Source: Vulcanimicrobiota bacterium (GTDB taxonomy: Bacteria > Vulcanimicrobiota > Vulcanimicrobiia > Vulcanimicrobiales > Vulcanimicrobiaceae). From it: DNA of 64,000 nt. Every line of letters begins with the position of its first letter. The stretch's first letter is position 1. A program made the translations under genes and the position numbers. A model generated the notes under the pieces. That model worked only from the letters and a program-made list of their open reading frames with translations. It was not told where the DNA came from and did no database searches. This document shows, one piece after another, positions 10,953-21,288 of this stretch. The DNA is taken from contig OY968762.1 in assembly GCA_963695225.1 (NCBI GenBank), positions 1,376,001 to 1,440,000 on the forward strand, given 5' to 3'.

Positions 10953-11678
10953 ATGGAGAGTTCGGCGCGCAACCTCCTCGAGGTCGTCGGTTTGACGAAG
11001 CGTTTCGGCGCGCGCGCCGCCGTCGACGGCCTCTCGTTCGTCCTCGAGCGGGGCGAAATATTGGGTTTGCTCGGCCCCAACGGCGCCGGGAAGACGACGA
11101 CGCTGCTGTGCCTGTGCGGCCTGCTTCGGCCTGATTCCGGAGAGCTGCGCTTCGAGGGAAAACCGCTCGCGGGCGAACGCGGCCGATCGATCGCGCTGAT
11201 CCCCGAGACGCCGGACGTCTACCCGATGCTCAGCGTGTGGGAACATTTGATCTTCGTCGCGCGCAGCACGAACCTCCCGGCCGGTTGGGAGGCGCGCGCC
11301 GGCGAGCTCCTCGCCCGATTGGGCATGACGGCGCAGCGCGACGTCCTCGGGAACGCACTCTCCAAGGGAATGCGCCAGAAGACGCTGATAGCTGCGACGA
11401 TCCTGGCCGACGCGCCTATCCTGTTGCTCGACGAGCCGATGGTCGGGCTCGATCCGAAGGGCCAGCGCGATCTGCACGACTTGATCTTGGAGTTGCGGCG
11501 CGGCGGAACGGCGATCGTCATGAGCACGCACATCATCGAGTCTGCGGAGTCGCTGTGCGACCGCGCGATCATCATGAAGGAAGGCCGCTCGATCGCATCC
11601 GGTCGAATCGCGGAACTGCGCGCGCGGGCGACGGGAGAACGTTCGCTGGAGGAAGCGTTTCTCGAGATCACGGCGTGA
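10953..11678 (+). CDS. ABC transporter ATP-binding protein (CcmA-like multidrug type)
   Basis: GPNGAGKTT, LSKGMRQK, LLLDEPMVGLDP, STH. Confidence 0.93.
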   Translation: MESSARNLLEVVGLTKRFGARAAVDGLSFVLERGEILGLLGPNGAGKTTTLLCLCGLLRPDSGELRFEGKPLAGERGRSIALIPETPDVYPMLSVWEHLIFVARSTNLPAGWEARAGELLARLGMTAQRDVLGNALSKGMRQKTLIAATILADAPILLLDEPMVGLDPKGQRDLHDLILELRRGGTAIVMSTHIIESAESLCDRAIIMKEGRSIASGRIAELRARATGERSLEEAFLEITA

Positions 11679-13258
11679 GCTTCGACGCTCTCGCCTTCGT
11701 AGAGCTGGCGAGCGCGAGAAACGCCGCGCGCACGATCGCACGCTCTCCGGGCCGGCTCGCGCTCTGGACGCTCGGGATCATCGGATTCGCCGCGCTCCTC
11801 GCGGCGCGCGCGTACCAGGCGCAATTGCACCCGGCTGGGCTCGGACGCGCATTGTCGCACTCGGGCGCGCTCTTGGCGTTCGGGTGGTTCTTCGCCGCCG
11901 TGGGCAGCGCGATCGCGACGGCGGCCGGCGGCACGCTGCGCAGCTTTCGTTCCAGCGCGGAAGCGCGGCTCTTGAGCAGCACCGGTCTCGGAGCGCAGCG
12001 GATCGCCGTGTGGCTGCAGATCCGCGCTGGGACGATCCTCGCCGCGCGTTACGGCGCCTTCATGTTCTTCTACTTCCTCGCGTTCGCGGGGCACGGCTCC
12101 GGCATGCGCGCGCTCGTCGGCGGATTCTTTGCGACGGCCGCCGCCGCGTCGGTCATCCTCGAAGTTCCGCTCCCGGCCTTCTTGCTGGGGCGCCGTCTCG
12201 GCGCACTCCCCGTGGCGGCGTTCGGCTGGAGCGTCGCGGCCGTCGGCGGGCTCTACGCGATCGCCGGGATCGCCGAGATCGGCGAAGCGCCGACCATCGC
12301 GCGGGCGATCCCGGCGGCACTCCGCTTCGATCCCGGTCCGTTCGCGCAGTGGCTGCTCTCCGGCACTCCGGAGGCGCTCGCATTCGCGCTCGCCCTGCCC
12401 CTCGCGCTCACGGCGGCCGTCGTCCCGCTCGCGGCCGGCACGCTTCCCGATCTGTATGCCGCTTCGATGAAGACGCTCGAGACGATCGAGCGGCGGCGCA
12501 GCGGACGGCCCGATTCATCCGCGAGCGCGGGCGTGCACGGCTCGAGGCGCTTGCCGCCTGCCGTTTATAGCGGCGCGAGGACGCTCCTGTGGAGCGATTG
12601 GACGACGTTCCGGCGGACGCGCGGCGCGCTGGCGAAATGGCTCGCGCTCGTTGCGGGATCGGCCGCGCTCGGCGCCTTCGTCCTCCTCGCGGAGCGCTTC
12701 GGGATCGACCGGGGCGAAGCGGCGGGGATTGCCGGCGCCCTTTGGGCGCTCGCATTCCTGATCCCGATCACGGCCTCGATTTCGCTGGCGGACGAGATCG
12801 CGCGCCCCGTTTGGTGGCTCGCGCAAGCCCGCTTGCGCGAGCGGCTCGCGGCCTGGTCGATCGCGCACGCCTGGCGGGGCGCCGTCGCCCTCGGCGCCGG
12901 CCCGGCCCTCCTCGGCGCCGGCTCGGGGGACGTCGCGTTCGCCGTCGCCGCGTTTCCGACCGCATTCGTCCTCTGGTGGTTCTTGACCGTGATCGGCATG
13001 GCATTGTACGCCGCGTTCCCGAGCAGGATCGACGCGAGCGGGCCGGCCTTCCTCCTGCGCTTCGTGCTGCTCTCCGCACTGCTCTTGCCGATGCTCCTCG
13101 CGTTCTCGCTCGCGATGCTCGCGCTCCATTCCGCCACGATCGCCTTCGCGGCGAGCACCGTCGTCGCAGTCGTCGAAACGCTCATTCTGATCGCGTTCGC
13201 GACGTTCCGCATAGGGAACAACGCGGTCGGCCTCGCGCTCTTGGAACGCTCGGCGTGA
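11675..13258 (+). CDS. Putative ABC exporter membrane subunit
   Basis: Highly hydrophobic multi-TM protein, translationally coupled (GTGA) to the ABC ATPase. Confidence 0.75.
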   Translation: MSFDALAFVELASARNAARTIARSPGRLALWTLGIIGFAALLAARAYQAQLHPAGLGRALSHSGALLAFGWFFAAVGSAIATAAGGTLRSFRSSAEARLLSSTGLGAQRIAVWLQIRAGTILAARYGAFMFFYFLAFAGHGSGMRALVGGFFATAAAASVILEVPLPAFLLGRRLGALPVAAFGWSVAAVGGLYAIAGIAEIGEAPTIARAIPAALRFDPGPFAQWLLSGTPEALAFALALPLALTAAVVPLAAGTLPDLYAASMKTLETIERRRSGRPDSSASAGVHGSRRLPPAVYSGARTLLWSDWTTFRRTRGALAKWLALVAGSAALGAFVLLAERFGIDRGEAAGIAGALWALAFLIPITASISLADEIARPVWWLAQARLRERLAAWSIAHAWRGAVALGAGPALLGAGSGDVAFAVAAFPTAFVLWWFLTVIGMALYAAFPSRIDASGPAFLLRFVLLSALLLPMLLAFSLAMLALHSATIAFAASTVVAVVETLILIAFATFRIGNNAVGLALLERSA

Positions 13259-13316
13259 GCGCGAACGCACCGCGTGGCGGGCGGGGAAACGGCGCCCGGC
13301 TCGAAATGGTTGGCCG

Positions 13317-16300
13317 ATGTTTTCCAGCGTAGTACCACGCCCGGTCCGCCGTCTGCTCGTCGCCAATCGCGGCGAAATTGCGATCCGTATCTTCCGGGCC
13401 GCGACCGAACTCGGAATCGCGACCGTCGCGATCTACTCGCACGAGGACCGCTTCGCGCTGCACCGCTTCAAAGCAGACGAGAGCTACTTGGTCGGCACCG
13501 GCAAAGGGCCGGTGCAAGCGTACCTGGATACCGCGGACATCTTGCGCGTCGCGCGCGAGGCGCACGTCGACGCGATCCATCCCGGTTACGGCTTCAACTC
13601 CGAGAATCCGGCGTTCGCGGAAGCGTGCGCCGCCGCGGGCATCGCGTTCGTCGGCCCGAGCCCGGACGTGATGCGCAGGCTCGGCGGGAAAGTCGAAGCG
13701 CGCGAGATCGCGCGCTCCGTCGGCGTTCCGACGCTGCCCGCGACGGGGGCGCTCCCCGCGGATCCGGAGGGCGTAGTAGCCGCCGCCGAGGCGATCGGCT
13801 TGCCCGTGATGCTCAAGGCGAGTTGGGGCGGCGGCGGGCGCGGGATGCGGATGATCGAGGATCCCGCCGAGCTCGTGCGCTCCGTCGAGGCCGGCCGCAG
13901 CGAAGCGCTCGCCGCGTTCGGGAACGGCGAGGTCTACCTCGAGAAGTTCCTGCGGCGCGCGCAGCACATCGAGGTGCAAGTGCTCGGCGATCTGCACGGC
14001 AACGTCGTGCACCTCTTCGAACGCGATTGTTCGATCCAACGCCGGAATCAGAAGGTCGTCGAACAGGCGCCGGCTCCGTTCATCTCGCCGGAGTTGCGCG
14101 CAGGGCTTTGCGAAGCCGCCGTCACGCTCGTGCGCAGCGTCGGATACTCGAGCGCCGGGACCGCCGAGTTCCTCGTCGATGCCGAGACGGGCGCGTTCTA
14201 TTTCATCGAAGTGAACCCGCGCATCCAAGTCGAGCACACGGTCACCGAGGTCGTCACCGGCGTCGATCTGATCAAGGCGCAGATCCGCATCGCCGAAGGC
14301 GCCCGCATCGGCGATGCGGAGAGCGGCGTCCCGCCGCAGGGCGAGATCGTCACCGAAGGCTTCGCGATGCAATGCCGCGTGACGACGGAGAATCCGGAAC
14401 GCGGCTTCGCCCCCGATTACGGCGCGATCACGGCATACCGGCCTGCGGCTGGCTTCGGGATTCGCCTCGACGGCGCGACCGCCTACTCGGGTGCGGTCAT
14501 CACGCCCTACTACGATTCCCTCTTGGAAAAAGTCACCGCCTGGGCGCCCACGCGCGAGGAGACGCGGATGCGGATGCTGCGCGCGCTGCGGGAGTTCCGC
14601 GTGCGCGGCGTCTCGACGAACTTGAGCTACCTCGAGGCGTTGCTTTCGCATCCGCGCTTCCGCAGCGGCGACTACAGCACGCGCTTCATCGACGAGACGC
14701 CCGAGCTCACGCAGTTCCTCCCATCGCGCGACCGCGCGACGCGCCTGCTCTCGTTCTTGAGCGAAGTCCTCGTCAACGGCAACCCCGAGGTCGCGGGGCG
14801 CCCGCGCGTGGAGATCGTCCCCGCCCCGCGCGTCCCCGCCGCGCACCGCGAGTCTGGGGAAGCGGGAACGAAACAGCTCCTGGAACGCCTCGGCCCCGAT
14901 GGTTTCACGGCCTGGATGCGCGCGCAGGAGCGCACGCTCGTCACCGATACGACGTTCCGCGACGCGCATCAGTCGCTCTTGGCGACGCGCTTCCGCACGA
15001 AGGACATGCTCGCGATCGCACCGATCTACGCGCGCGATCTCCCGAATCTGTTTTCGCTCGAGTGTTGGGGCGGGGCGACGTTCGACGTCGCGATGCGCTT
15101 TCTCAAGGAGGATCCGTGGGCCCGGCTCGCCTCGATGCGCGAGGCGGTGCCGAACATCTTGCTGCAGATGCTCCTGCGCGGGGCGAATGCCGTCGGGTAC
15201 AAGAACTATCCCGACAACGTCGTGCGGCATTTCATCGCGCAAGCCGCCGACGCCGGCGTCGATCTCTTCCGCGTCTTCGACTCGCTGAACTGGATCGAGA
15301 ACATGCGCGTCTCGATCGACGCGATCCGCGAGAGCGGGAAGCTCTGCGAAGCGGCGATCTGCTACAGCGGCGACATCGACGATCCCAAGCGCCCGAAGTA
15401 CAACCTGCGCTACTACGTCGAGCTCGCGAAAGAGCTCGAGAAGGCGGGCGCGCAGATCCTCGGGATCAAGGACATGGCCGGCGTTTGCCGGCCGTACGCG
15501 GCGCGCCAGCTGATCGCGGCGCTGCGCGAGGAGATCGGCATCCCGATCCACTTCCACACGCACGACACGAGCGGGAACGCGGGCGCGAGCGTCCTCGCCG
15601 CGGTCGAAGCCGGTTGCGACGCCGTCGACGGCGCGCTCGATTCGATGAGCGGCTTCACCTCGCAGCCGAATCTCGGCTCGATCGTCGCCGCACTCGAGCA
15701 CACCCGGCACTCCACCCAACTCGACCGCGCCGCACTGACGCGCATCTCGACGTACTGGGGCGAAGTCCGCAAGCAATATGCCGCTTTCGAAAGCGAGCTG
15801 CGTTCGGGCTCGTCCGACGTCTACGTGCACGAGATGCCGGGCGGCCAATACACGAATCTGCAGGAGCAGGCGAAGGCGCTCGGCATCGCGGACCGCTGGC
15901 CCGAAGTCGTGACCACGTATCACGACGTCAGCATGGCTTTCGGCGACATCGTCAAGGTGACGCCGACGTCGAAGGTCGTCGGCGACATGTCGCTCTACAT
16001 GCTGACGAGCGGCATCACCGTCGCGGACGTCCTCGATCCGAAGAAGGACGTTTCGTTCCCGGCTTCGGTCGTCGAGTTGTTCGCGGGCGAACTCGGCCAG
16101 ACGCCGGGCGGATTCCCCGAAGCGTTGCAGCGGAAGGTGCTGCGCGGCCGCAAGCCGCTCGTGGGCCGCCCCGGCGAGACGCTACCGCCCGCGAACCTCG
16201 AGGCCGAACGCGCGGCCGTCGAAAAGGCAACGGAACGCAAGCCCAACGAGCGCGACCTCGCGTCGTATCTGATGTATCCGGACGTCTACGTGACGTACGC

Positions 16301-16778
16301 GAAGCACGCGAACACGTACGGCGACGTCAGCATCCTGCCCACCGAAGTCTTCTTCTACGGCATGACCGCGGCGCAGGAGATCTCGCTCGAGATCGAGCGC
16401 GGGAAGACGCTGATCGTGCGCTACATCGCGACGAGCGAACCGGACGGGGAAGGGCGCCGGAAGGTCTTCTTCGAGCTCAACGGGCAGCCGCGCACCGTGA
16501 CCGTCGACGATCGCAAGCTCGGCGACCGGCGCATCGTCCGTCACAAGGCGGACGCCGCGAATCCGGCGCACGTCGGCGCCCCGATGCCGGGGCTCGTCGT
16601 GCGCCTCTCCGTCGAGGAGGGCCAAGCGGTCGAGGCCGGCACGGCGCTCCTGACGATCGAAGCGATGAAGATGCAGACCGTGCTCTACGCGGAGCGGCGC
16701 GGAGTCGTGCGCTCGATCCTCACGGCGCCCGGGACGCACATCGAAGCGCAGGACCTGCTGATCGTCATGGGCGGTTAG
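13317..16778 (+). CDS. pyc: Pyruvate carboxylase
   Basis: LLVANRGEIAIR biotin carboxylase, RDAHQSL and WGGATFD carboxyltransferase motifs, EAMKM biotinyl site. Confidence 0.98.
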   Translation: MFSSVVPRPVRRLLVANRGEIAIRIFRAATELGIATVAIYSHEDRFALHRFKADESYLVGTGKGPVQAYLDTADILRVAREAHVDAIHPGYGFNSENPAFAEACAAAGIAFVGPSPDVMRRLGGKVEAREIARSVGVPTLPATGALPADPEGVVAAAEAIGLPVMLKASWGGGGRGMRMIEDPAELVRSVEAGRSEALAAFGNGEVYLEKFLRRAQHIEVQVLGDLHGNVVHLFERDCSIQRRNQKVVEQAPAPFISPELRAGLCEAAVTLVRSVGYSSAGTAEFLVDAETGAFYFIEVNPRIQVEHTVTEVVTGVDLIKAQIRIAEGARIGDAESGVPPQGEIVTEGFAMQCRVTTENPERGFAPDYGAITAYRPAAGFGIRLDGATAYSGAVITPYYDSLLEKVTAWAPTREETRMRMLRALREFRVRGVSTNLSYLEALLSHPRFRSGDYSTRFIDETPELTQFLPSRDRATRLLSFLSEVLVNGNPEVAGRPRVEIVPAPRVPAAHRESGEAGTKQLLERLGPDGFTAWMRAQERTLVTDTTFRDAHQSLLATRFRTKDMLAIAPIYARDLPNLFSLECWGGATFDVAMRFLKEDPWARLASMREAVPNILLQMLLRGANAVGYKNYPDNVVRHFIAQAADAGVDLFRVFDSLNWIENMRVSIDAIRESGKLCEAAICYSGDIDDPKRPKYNLRYYVELAKELEKAGAQILGIKDMAGVCRPYAARQLIAALREEIGIPIHFHTHDTSGNAGASVLAAVEAGCDAVDGALDSMSGFTSQPNLGSIVAALEHTRHSTQLDRAALTRISTYWGEVRKQYAAFESELRSGSSDVYVHEMPGGQYTNLQEQAKALGIADRWPEVVTTYHDVSMAFGDIVKVTPTSKVVGDMSLYMLTSGITVADVLDPKKDVSFPASVVELFAGELGQTPGGFPEALQRKVLRGRKPLVGRPGETLPPANLEAERAAVEKATERKPNERDLASYLMYPDVYVTYAKHANTYGDVSILPTEVFFYGMTAAQEISLEIERGKTLIVRYIATSEPDGEGRRKVFFELNGQPRTVTVDDRKLGDRRIVRHKADAANPAHVGAPMPGLVVRLSVEEGQAVEAGTALLTIEAMKMQTVLYAERRGVVRSILTAPGTHIEAQDLLIVMGG

Positions 16779-18751
16779 CGCGCGCCGTCGATCGCCTCCA
16801 GCGCGCTCGGGTTCTCGAGCGCCGAGAGGTCGCCGAGTTCCCGCACGTTGAGGTAGCGCCCGCGCGCGACGCGCCGCATCACCTTCTGGTTGCGCGTCTT
16901 GGGCAGCTCGTCGACGAATAGGATCGCCTTCGGGCGCAGCGACTTTCCCATCGTCGCGTCGATCGTTCCCATCAGGCGCTTGCGCAGCGCCTCGCTCTCT
17001 AGTTCGCGCGAGCGCGCGACGACGAGGCAGACGACGACGTCGCCTTTGATCTCGTCCGGCACCGCGATCGCGGCGGCCTCGGTCACGTCCGGATCGGAGA
17101 CGAGCGCGCTCTCGAACTCGGCGGGGCCGACGCGTTTGCCGGCGACGTTGATCGTGTCGTCGCTGCGGCCGCGGATGTACCAATAGTCGCGCCCGTCGCG
17201 CGTTTCGATCTGGGCCCAATCGCCGTGCACCCAGATGCCCTCGAAGCGCTCCCAATACGTCGCGAGGAAGCGCGCGTCGTCGCGCGTTTCGGGCGTGTCC
17301 CAGAAGCTTTGCGTCATGCCGACGAAGGGCTCGCGGACGACGAGTTCGCCGACGTCGCCGCGGACGGGCTTCCCTTCCGTGTCGAAGACGTCGGCGACCA
17401 TTCCCGGGCACGGACCGTGGAAGCAGTTTGGGACGAGCGGGAGCGTCGGCAGCGTGCCGAGGATCCCGCCCCCGATCTCCGTCCCGCCGGAATAGTTGAT
17501 GATCGGGCTGCGCCCCCCGCCGACGACGTCGAGGAACCAGGCGTAGGGCTCCGTGTTCCACGGCTCGCCGGAGCTCGCGAGGATGCGCAGCGACGAGAGA
17601 TCGTGCTTGCGCGGATGCTCGTCGCCGTGCGACATCAGCGAACGGATCGCGGTCGGCGCAATTCCCAAATGCGTGACGCGATGCCGCGCGCAGACGTCCC
17701 AGAGTCGGTCCGGCGCCGGGTAGTCGGGCGTCCCGTCGTAGAGCACGATCGCGGCCCCGAGGCCGAGCGATCCGAGGACGAGGAACGGCCCCATCATCCA
17801 ACCCATGTCGGTGAACCAGAGCATCCGCTCGCCGGGGCGCACGTCCATGCACAGGTGCTGGTCGAACATCACTTTCAGCGGGAAGCCGCCGTGCACGTGC
17901 AAGGCGCCCTTCGGCTTTCCCGTGCTTCCCGAAGTGTAGAGCAGCATGAACGGATCGTTCGCGGAGGTGCGCTCGTACTCGCACGCGTTCGATTGCCCGT
18001 GCACGAGGTCGCGCCAATCGAGATCGCGGCCGCTCTCCATCGGGACTTCGCGGCCGCCGCGGCGCAGGACGACGACGCGCTCGATCGTCGGCGCGAGCGC
18101 GAGCGCGCGATCGACGGTCGATTTCATATCGACGGGCTTCCCGCGCCGCGACGACGAGTCGGCCGTCAACAGCACCTTCGCGCGCGCGTCGGCGAGGCGC
18201 GCGGCCAGCGCTTGCTCTCCGTATCCCGAGAACGCCGGGACCGCGATCGCGCCGACGTAGCCGATCGCCAGCAGCCCGATCGCCGCCTCCGGAACCAGCG
18301 GCATGAAGATCCCGACGCGATCGCCTTTGACGACGCCGAGCGAGCGCAGCGCGTTCGCGAGGCGCCCGACTTCGTCGCGCAGCTCGCCGAACGTGAACCG
18401 GCGCACGACCCCGTCTTCACCCTCGGCGACGAGCGCCTCGTCGTGCGCCCGCCCGAGCGCGATGTGCCGGTCGAGACAGTTCGCGGGCGCGTTGAGCAAG
18501 CCGCCGGCGAACCATTTCGCGAACGGCTTCCCGCGCGAGAGATCCAGCAACTCGTCGTACGGCCGGTCCCAATGAAGGCCCAGCGCGGCGACGATCTCGC
18601 GGTGGAACGGGCGGACGTCGGCTGCGGTCGCCGCCAACAACTCCGCATAGTCCCTCACGCCCAGGCGCGGGAGAAACGCCGTGATGTTCGCCCGGGCGAT
18701 CGCATCGTCGCCGGGCTGCCAGATCGCTTTGGGTCCCGCTGTACTCGCCAT
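16775..18751 (-). CDS. Acetate--CoA ligase-like AMP-dependent synthetase
   Basis: YTSGSTGKPKG, SGEPWN, YSGGTE, WVHGD, GRSDDTINVAGKR, LPKTRNQKVMRR. Confidence 0.92.
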   Translation of the reverse strand: MASTAGPKAIWQPGDDAIARANITAFLPRLGVRDYAELLAATAADVRPFHREIVAALGLHWDRPYDELLDLSRGKPFAKWFAGGLLNAPANCLDRHIALGRAHDEALVAEGEDGVVRRFTFGELRDEVGRLANALRSLGVVKGDRVGIFMPLVPEAAIGLLAIGYVGAIAVPAFSGYGEQALAARLADARAKVLLTADSSSRRGKPVDMKSTVDRALALAPTIERVVVLRRGGREVPMESGRDLDWRDLVHGQSNACEYERTSANDPFMLLYTSGSTGKPKGALHVHGGFPLKVMFDQHLCMDVRPGERMLWFTDMGWMMGPFLVLGSLGLGAAIVLYDGTPDYPAPDRLWDVCARHRVTHLGIAPTAIRSLMSHGDEHPRKHDLSSLRILASSGEPWNTEPYAWFLDVVGGGRSPIINYSGGTEIGGGILGTLPTLPLVPNCFHGPCPGMVADVFDTEGKPVRGDVGELVVREPFVGMTQSFWDTPETRDDARFLATYWERFEGIWVHGDWAQIETRDGRDYWYIRGRSDDTINVAGKRVGPAEFESALVSDPDVTEAAAIAVPDEIKGDVVVCLVVARSRELESEALRKRLMGTIDATMGKSLRPKAILFVDELPKTRNQKVMRRVARGRYLNVRELGDLSALENPSALEAIDGAR

Positions 18752-18919
18752 GCGCGGCCATTCGCCTCGCGCCCCGCCGTCCTTTCTCGCAACCCGCCGG
18801 TGCGCGGCCGGGACTATCGCCTGGGCGGAACGAATCAGCCTCGCGCCTCGTTCAGAGGTCAAGGTGACGGCGCGTGATAACGCGTCGCCGCACTTTTCAT
18901 TGGAAAGGAGGATGCACGC

Positions 18920-19159
18920 ATGAACAAGTTCCTCGCAGCCCTCGTTGCCGCCGCGTTCCTCGCTACCGGCTCGGCGATGGCCGACACCACGAAGACGACC
19001 AAGAAGGTCGTCGCCGTTAAAGCCACCCCGACTCCGGCGGCGAAAACCACCAAGAAGGCCGCCGCCGTCAAAGCCACCCCGACTCCGGCGGCGAAAACCA
19101 CCAAGAAGACCGCCGTCAAGCCGGCCAAGGCCGCTCCGACCAAAGCCCCCAAGAAGTAG
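18920..19159 (+). CDS. Small secreted Lys/Ala/Thr/Pro-rich repeat protein (Asr/histone H1-like)
   Basis: Strong RBS AAGGAGG; signal peptide ending AMA; two 17-aa repeats TTKKxxAVKATPTPAAK; downstream hairpin. Confidence 0.85.
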   Translation: MNKFLAALVAAAFLATGSAMADTTKTTKKVVAVKATPTPAAKTTKKAAAVKATPTPAAKTTKKTAVKPAKAAPTKAPKK

Positions 19160-19182
19160 CCTTCGCAATCATCCATTCATCA

Positions 19183-19222
19183 AGCGGCGCGATCGTGAAT
19201 CGATCGCGCCGCTCGTCCTTTT
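19183..19222 (+). terminator. Intrinsic terminator-like hairpin
   Basis: GCGGCGCGATCG-TGAAT-CGATCGCGCCGC followed by TCGTCCTTTT, between convergent genes. Confidence 0.7.
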
Positions 19223-19232
19223 CACGGCAGGC

Positions 19233-19874
19233 TCATTTCACGAGCATCCGGCAAGCGTGGCGCCACTTTCCCGTCGCGACACCGTACAGCACCCAAATGA
19301 CGACCAGCGGCTCGAGATAGCGCGCGATTTCGAGCGGACCGAGGTCGGTCACGTTCTGCCAGCCGAACGTCCGCGCGACCTCCGCCACCTCGGCCTTCGC
19401 GGCCGGGTCGTCGCCGCACAGGAAGAAATCGGGAGGCCCGTCCGCATACTGGGGCTGGACCATGTCGTGGTAGTTGATCGTGTTGAAGGCCTTGACGACG
19501 CGCGCGTGCGGAAGCGCGCGCTGCACCCACTCGCCGAGCGAGTCCTTCCCGCTGACGAAGAGTCCCGGCGGGGCGTTCTCGGTCAGGACGAGCGGGTTCG
19601 TGACGTCGATGACGACCTTGCCGGCGAAGCGTTCCGCTCCGGCGTGGGCGATCGCGGCGAGCGTCGCCGCGCCGTTCGTCGCCACGACGACGAGTTCGCC
19701 GAATCCCGCGGCGTCGGCGAAGCTTCCGATCGAGGCTGCCGTCCCGGCATCCGACTTCCAAGCGACGAGTTTCGCGGGATCGCGCGTCCCGAGCATCACG
19801 GAGTCCCCGCGGCCGAGAAAGCCCGCCGCGAGCGCCCGCGCTACGTCCCCGCTCCCGAGAATGCCAATCTTCAT
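19233..19874 (-). CDS. NADP oxidoreductase, F420-dependent family (F420_oxidored)
   Basis: MKIGILGSGDV, GKVVIDVTNPL, RVVKAFNTI, CGDDPAAK, DLGPLEIARYLE; RBS GGAGG. Confidence 0.88.
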   Translation of the reverse strand: MKIGILGSGDVARALAAGFLGRGDSVMLGTRDPAKLVAWKSDAGTAASIGSFADAAGFGELVVVATNGAATLAAIAHAGAERFAGKVVIDVTNPLVLTENAPPGLFVSGKDSLGEWVQRALPHARVVKAFNTINYHDMVQPQYADGPPDFFLCGDDPAAKAEVAEVARTFGWQNVTDLGPLEIARYLEPLVVIWVLYGVATGKWRHACRMLVK

Positions 19875-19947
19875 ACTTGGTTCCTCCGCCCAATAAAGGC
19901 CGAACGTCCGCATCGCGTTGAAATCCGCGAGCGTGAGCGACGACCAT

Positions 19948-20442
19948 ATGGACCGCGAACCGAACCCCATCGTTGCACTCGCGCAGCGCCTGCGGGCGCG
20001 GCAAGATATCGAGCGGGCGATCGATTCCGCGACGCCCGCGGTCGAGCCGCGCACGAGCGACGTGCGCTCGCAGCTCGATGCCTTCGCGCTCGCGCTCGCG
20101 GTCGGCGTCAAGCGCCTCAACTCGATCCTCGGGAAGGGCGGCGTCACGTTCGTGCGCCTAGAGAAACCCTTACGCGTGCGCCTGCGCTTTCGCGAAAAGC
20201 GCGTCAGCCTCGATCTCGATGAGGCGCGCCAGCTCGTGATCGTAGCGGGAGGCGGCGTCGGCGGCGAGTATCAGTTCGATCCCAGTGCCGACCCGCCGGC
20301 GCTGATCAACCTCTCGCAGCTCTCGACGGAGCCGGGCTACGGGGTTGCGCTCACCCCGAACCTGCTCCTCAAGAAGGTCGCCGAGGACGCCGAACTCCCG
20401 CGGCCCGCGGGGCTGGACGGGCTGGGGCCGCTGCAGTTCTAG
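19948..20442 (+). CDS. Hypothetical protein
   Basis: Fills the gap between known genes, normal protein-like composition; no family recognised. Confidence 0.65.
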   Translation: MDREPNPIVALAQRLRARQDIERAIDSATPAVEPRTSDVRSQLDAFALALAVGVKRLNSILGKGGVTFVRLEKPLRVRLRFREKRVSLDLDEARQLVIVAGGGVGGEYQFDPSADPPALINLSQLSTEPGYGVALTPNLLLKKVAEDAELPRPAGLDGLGPLQF

Positions 20443-21142
20443 CGGCTTCCCTCGAAGCCGCGCGGCGGGCGGCGAGCGCCCGCGCGACGAGCGGCGCGCT
20501 CGGGCAGAGCTCGCGGACGGGACACTCGGAGCACAGCGGCGTGGGCGCCTTGCAGACCGCCCGGCCGTGCAAGATCAGCCAGTGATGCGCGTGGCGCAGC
20601 TTCTCGCTCGGAACGAGTTTGACGACGTCGTCCTCGACGCCGCGGGGTGTCGTCGCGAGCGTGAGCCCGAGCCGGTGCGCTACCCGGAACACGTGCGTGT
20701 CGACGGCGAAAGCCGCTTCTTCGAACGCGACGGAGAGCACGACGTTCGCGGTCTTACGGCCGACCCCGGGAAGCGCTTCCAGCGCCTCTCGCGCGCGCGG
20801 GACTTCGCCGCCGTGCCGTTCGACGAGCGCGCGCGCGGCGTTGACGATGTTCTTTGCCTTCATGCGAAAGAAACCGGTCGACTTGATGAGGCCTTCGACG
20901 TCCGAGAGATCCGCGGCCGCGAGCGCCTGCGGCGTGGGATATTTCGCAAACAGGAACGGCGTCGTGAGATTGACGCGCGCGTCCGTGCATTGGGCGCTGA
21001 GGATCACAGCGATCAAGAGCGTGAACGGCGAATCGTATTCGAGCGCCGTCACCGCCTGCGGATATGCGCGTTCGAGCGCCGCGAGTTGTTGCGCCGCGAC
21101 GGCGCGCGACACTTTCTTCTTTGGAAACGGGATCGGCTCCAC
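20369..21142 (-). CDS. nth: Endonuclease III
   Basis: LLIAVILSAQCTD, HhH LPGVGRKTANVV, VDTHVFRV, CxxxxxxCxxCxxxxxC Fe-S motif. Confidence 0.96.
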   Translation of the reverse strand: MEPIPFPKKKVSRAVAAQQLAALERAYPQAVTALEYDSPFTLLIAVILSAQCTDARVNLTTPFLFAKYPTPQALAAADLSDVEGLIKSTGFFRMKAKNIVNAARALVERHGGEVPRAREALEALPGVGRKTANVVLSVAFEEAAFAVDTHVFRVAHRLGLTLATTPRGVEDDVVKLVPSEKLRHAHHWLILHGRAVCKAPTPLCSECPVRELCPSAPLVARALAARRAASREAARTAAAPARPAPRAAGVRRPRRPS

Positions 21143-21288
21143 GAGACAACCTCACTTCTTCTCCGGCCGCGCTCCGTTCGGAGTGCGGGCTCGTAATTCC
21201 AGCCGCGCGAGCGGCGCCCCAAGGCGCACCGGGCCCCATCGTCGTAGCACTGCATGACCCGCCTTCATCCTGCAAAGGACAGCATTCC

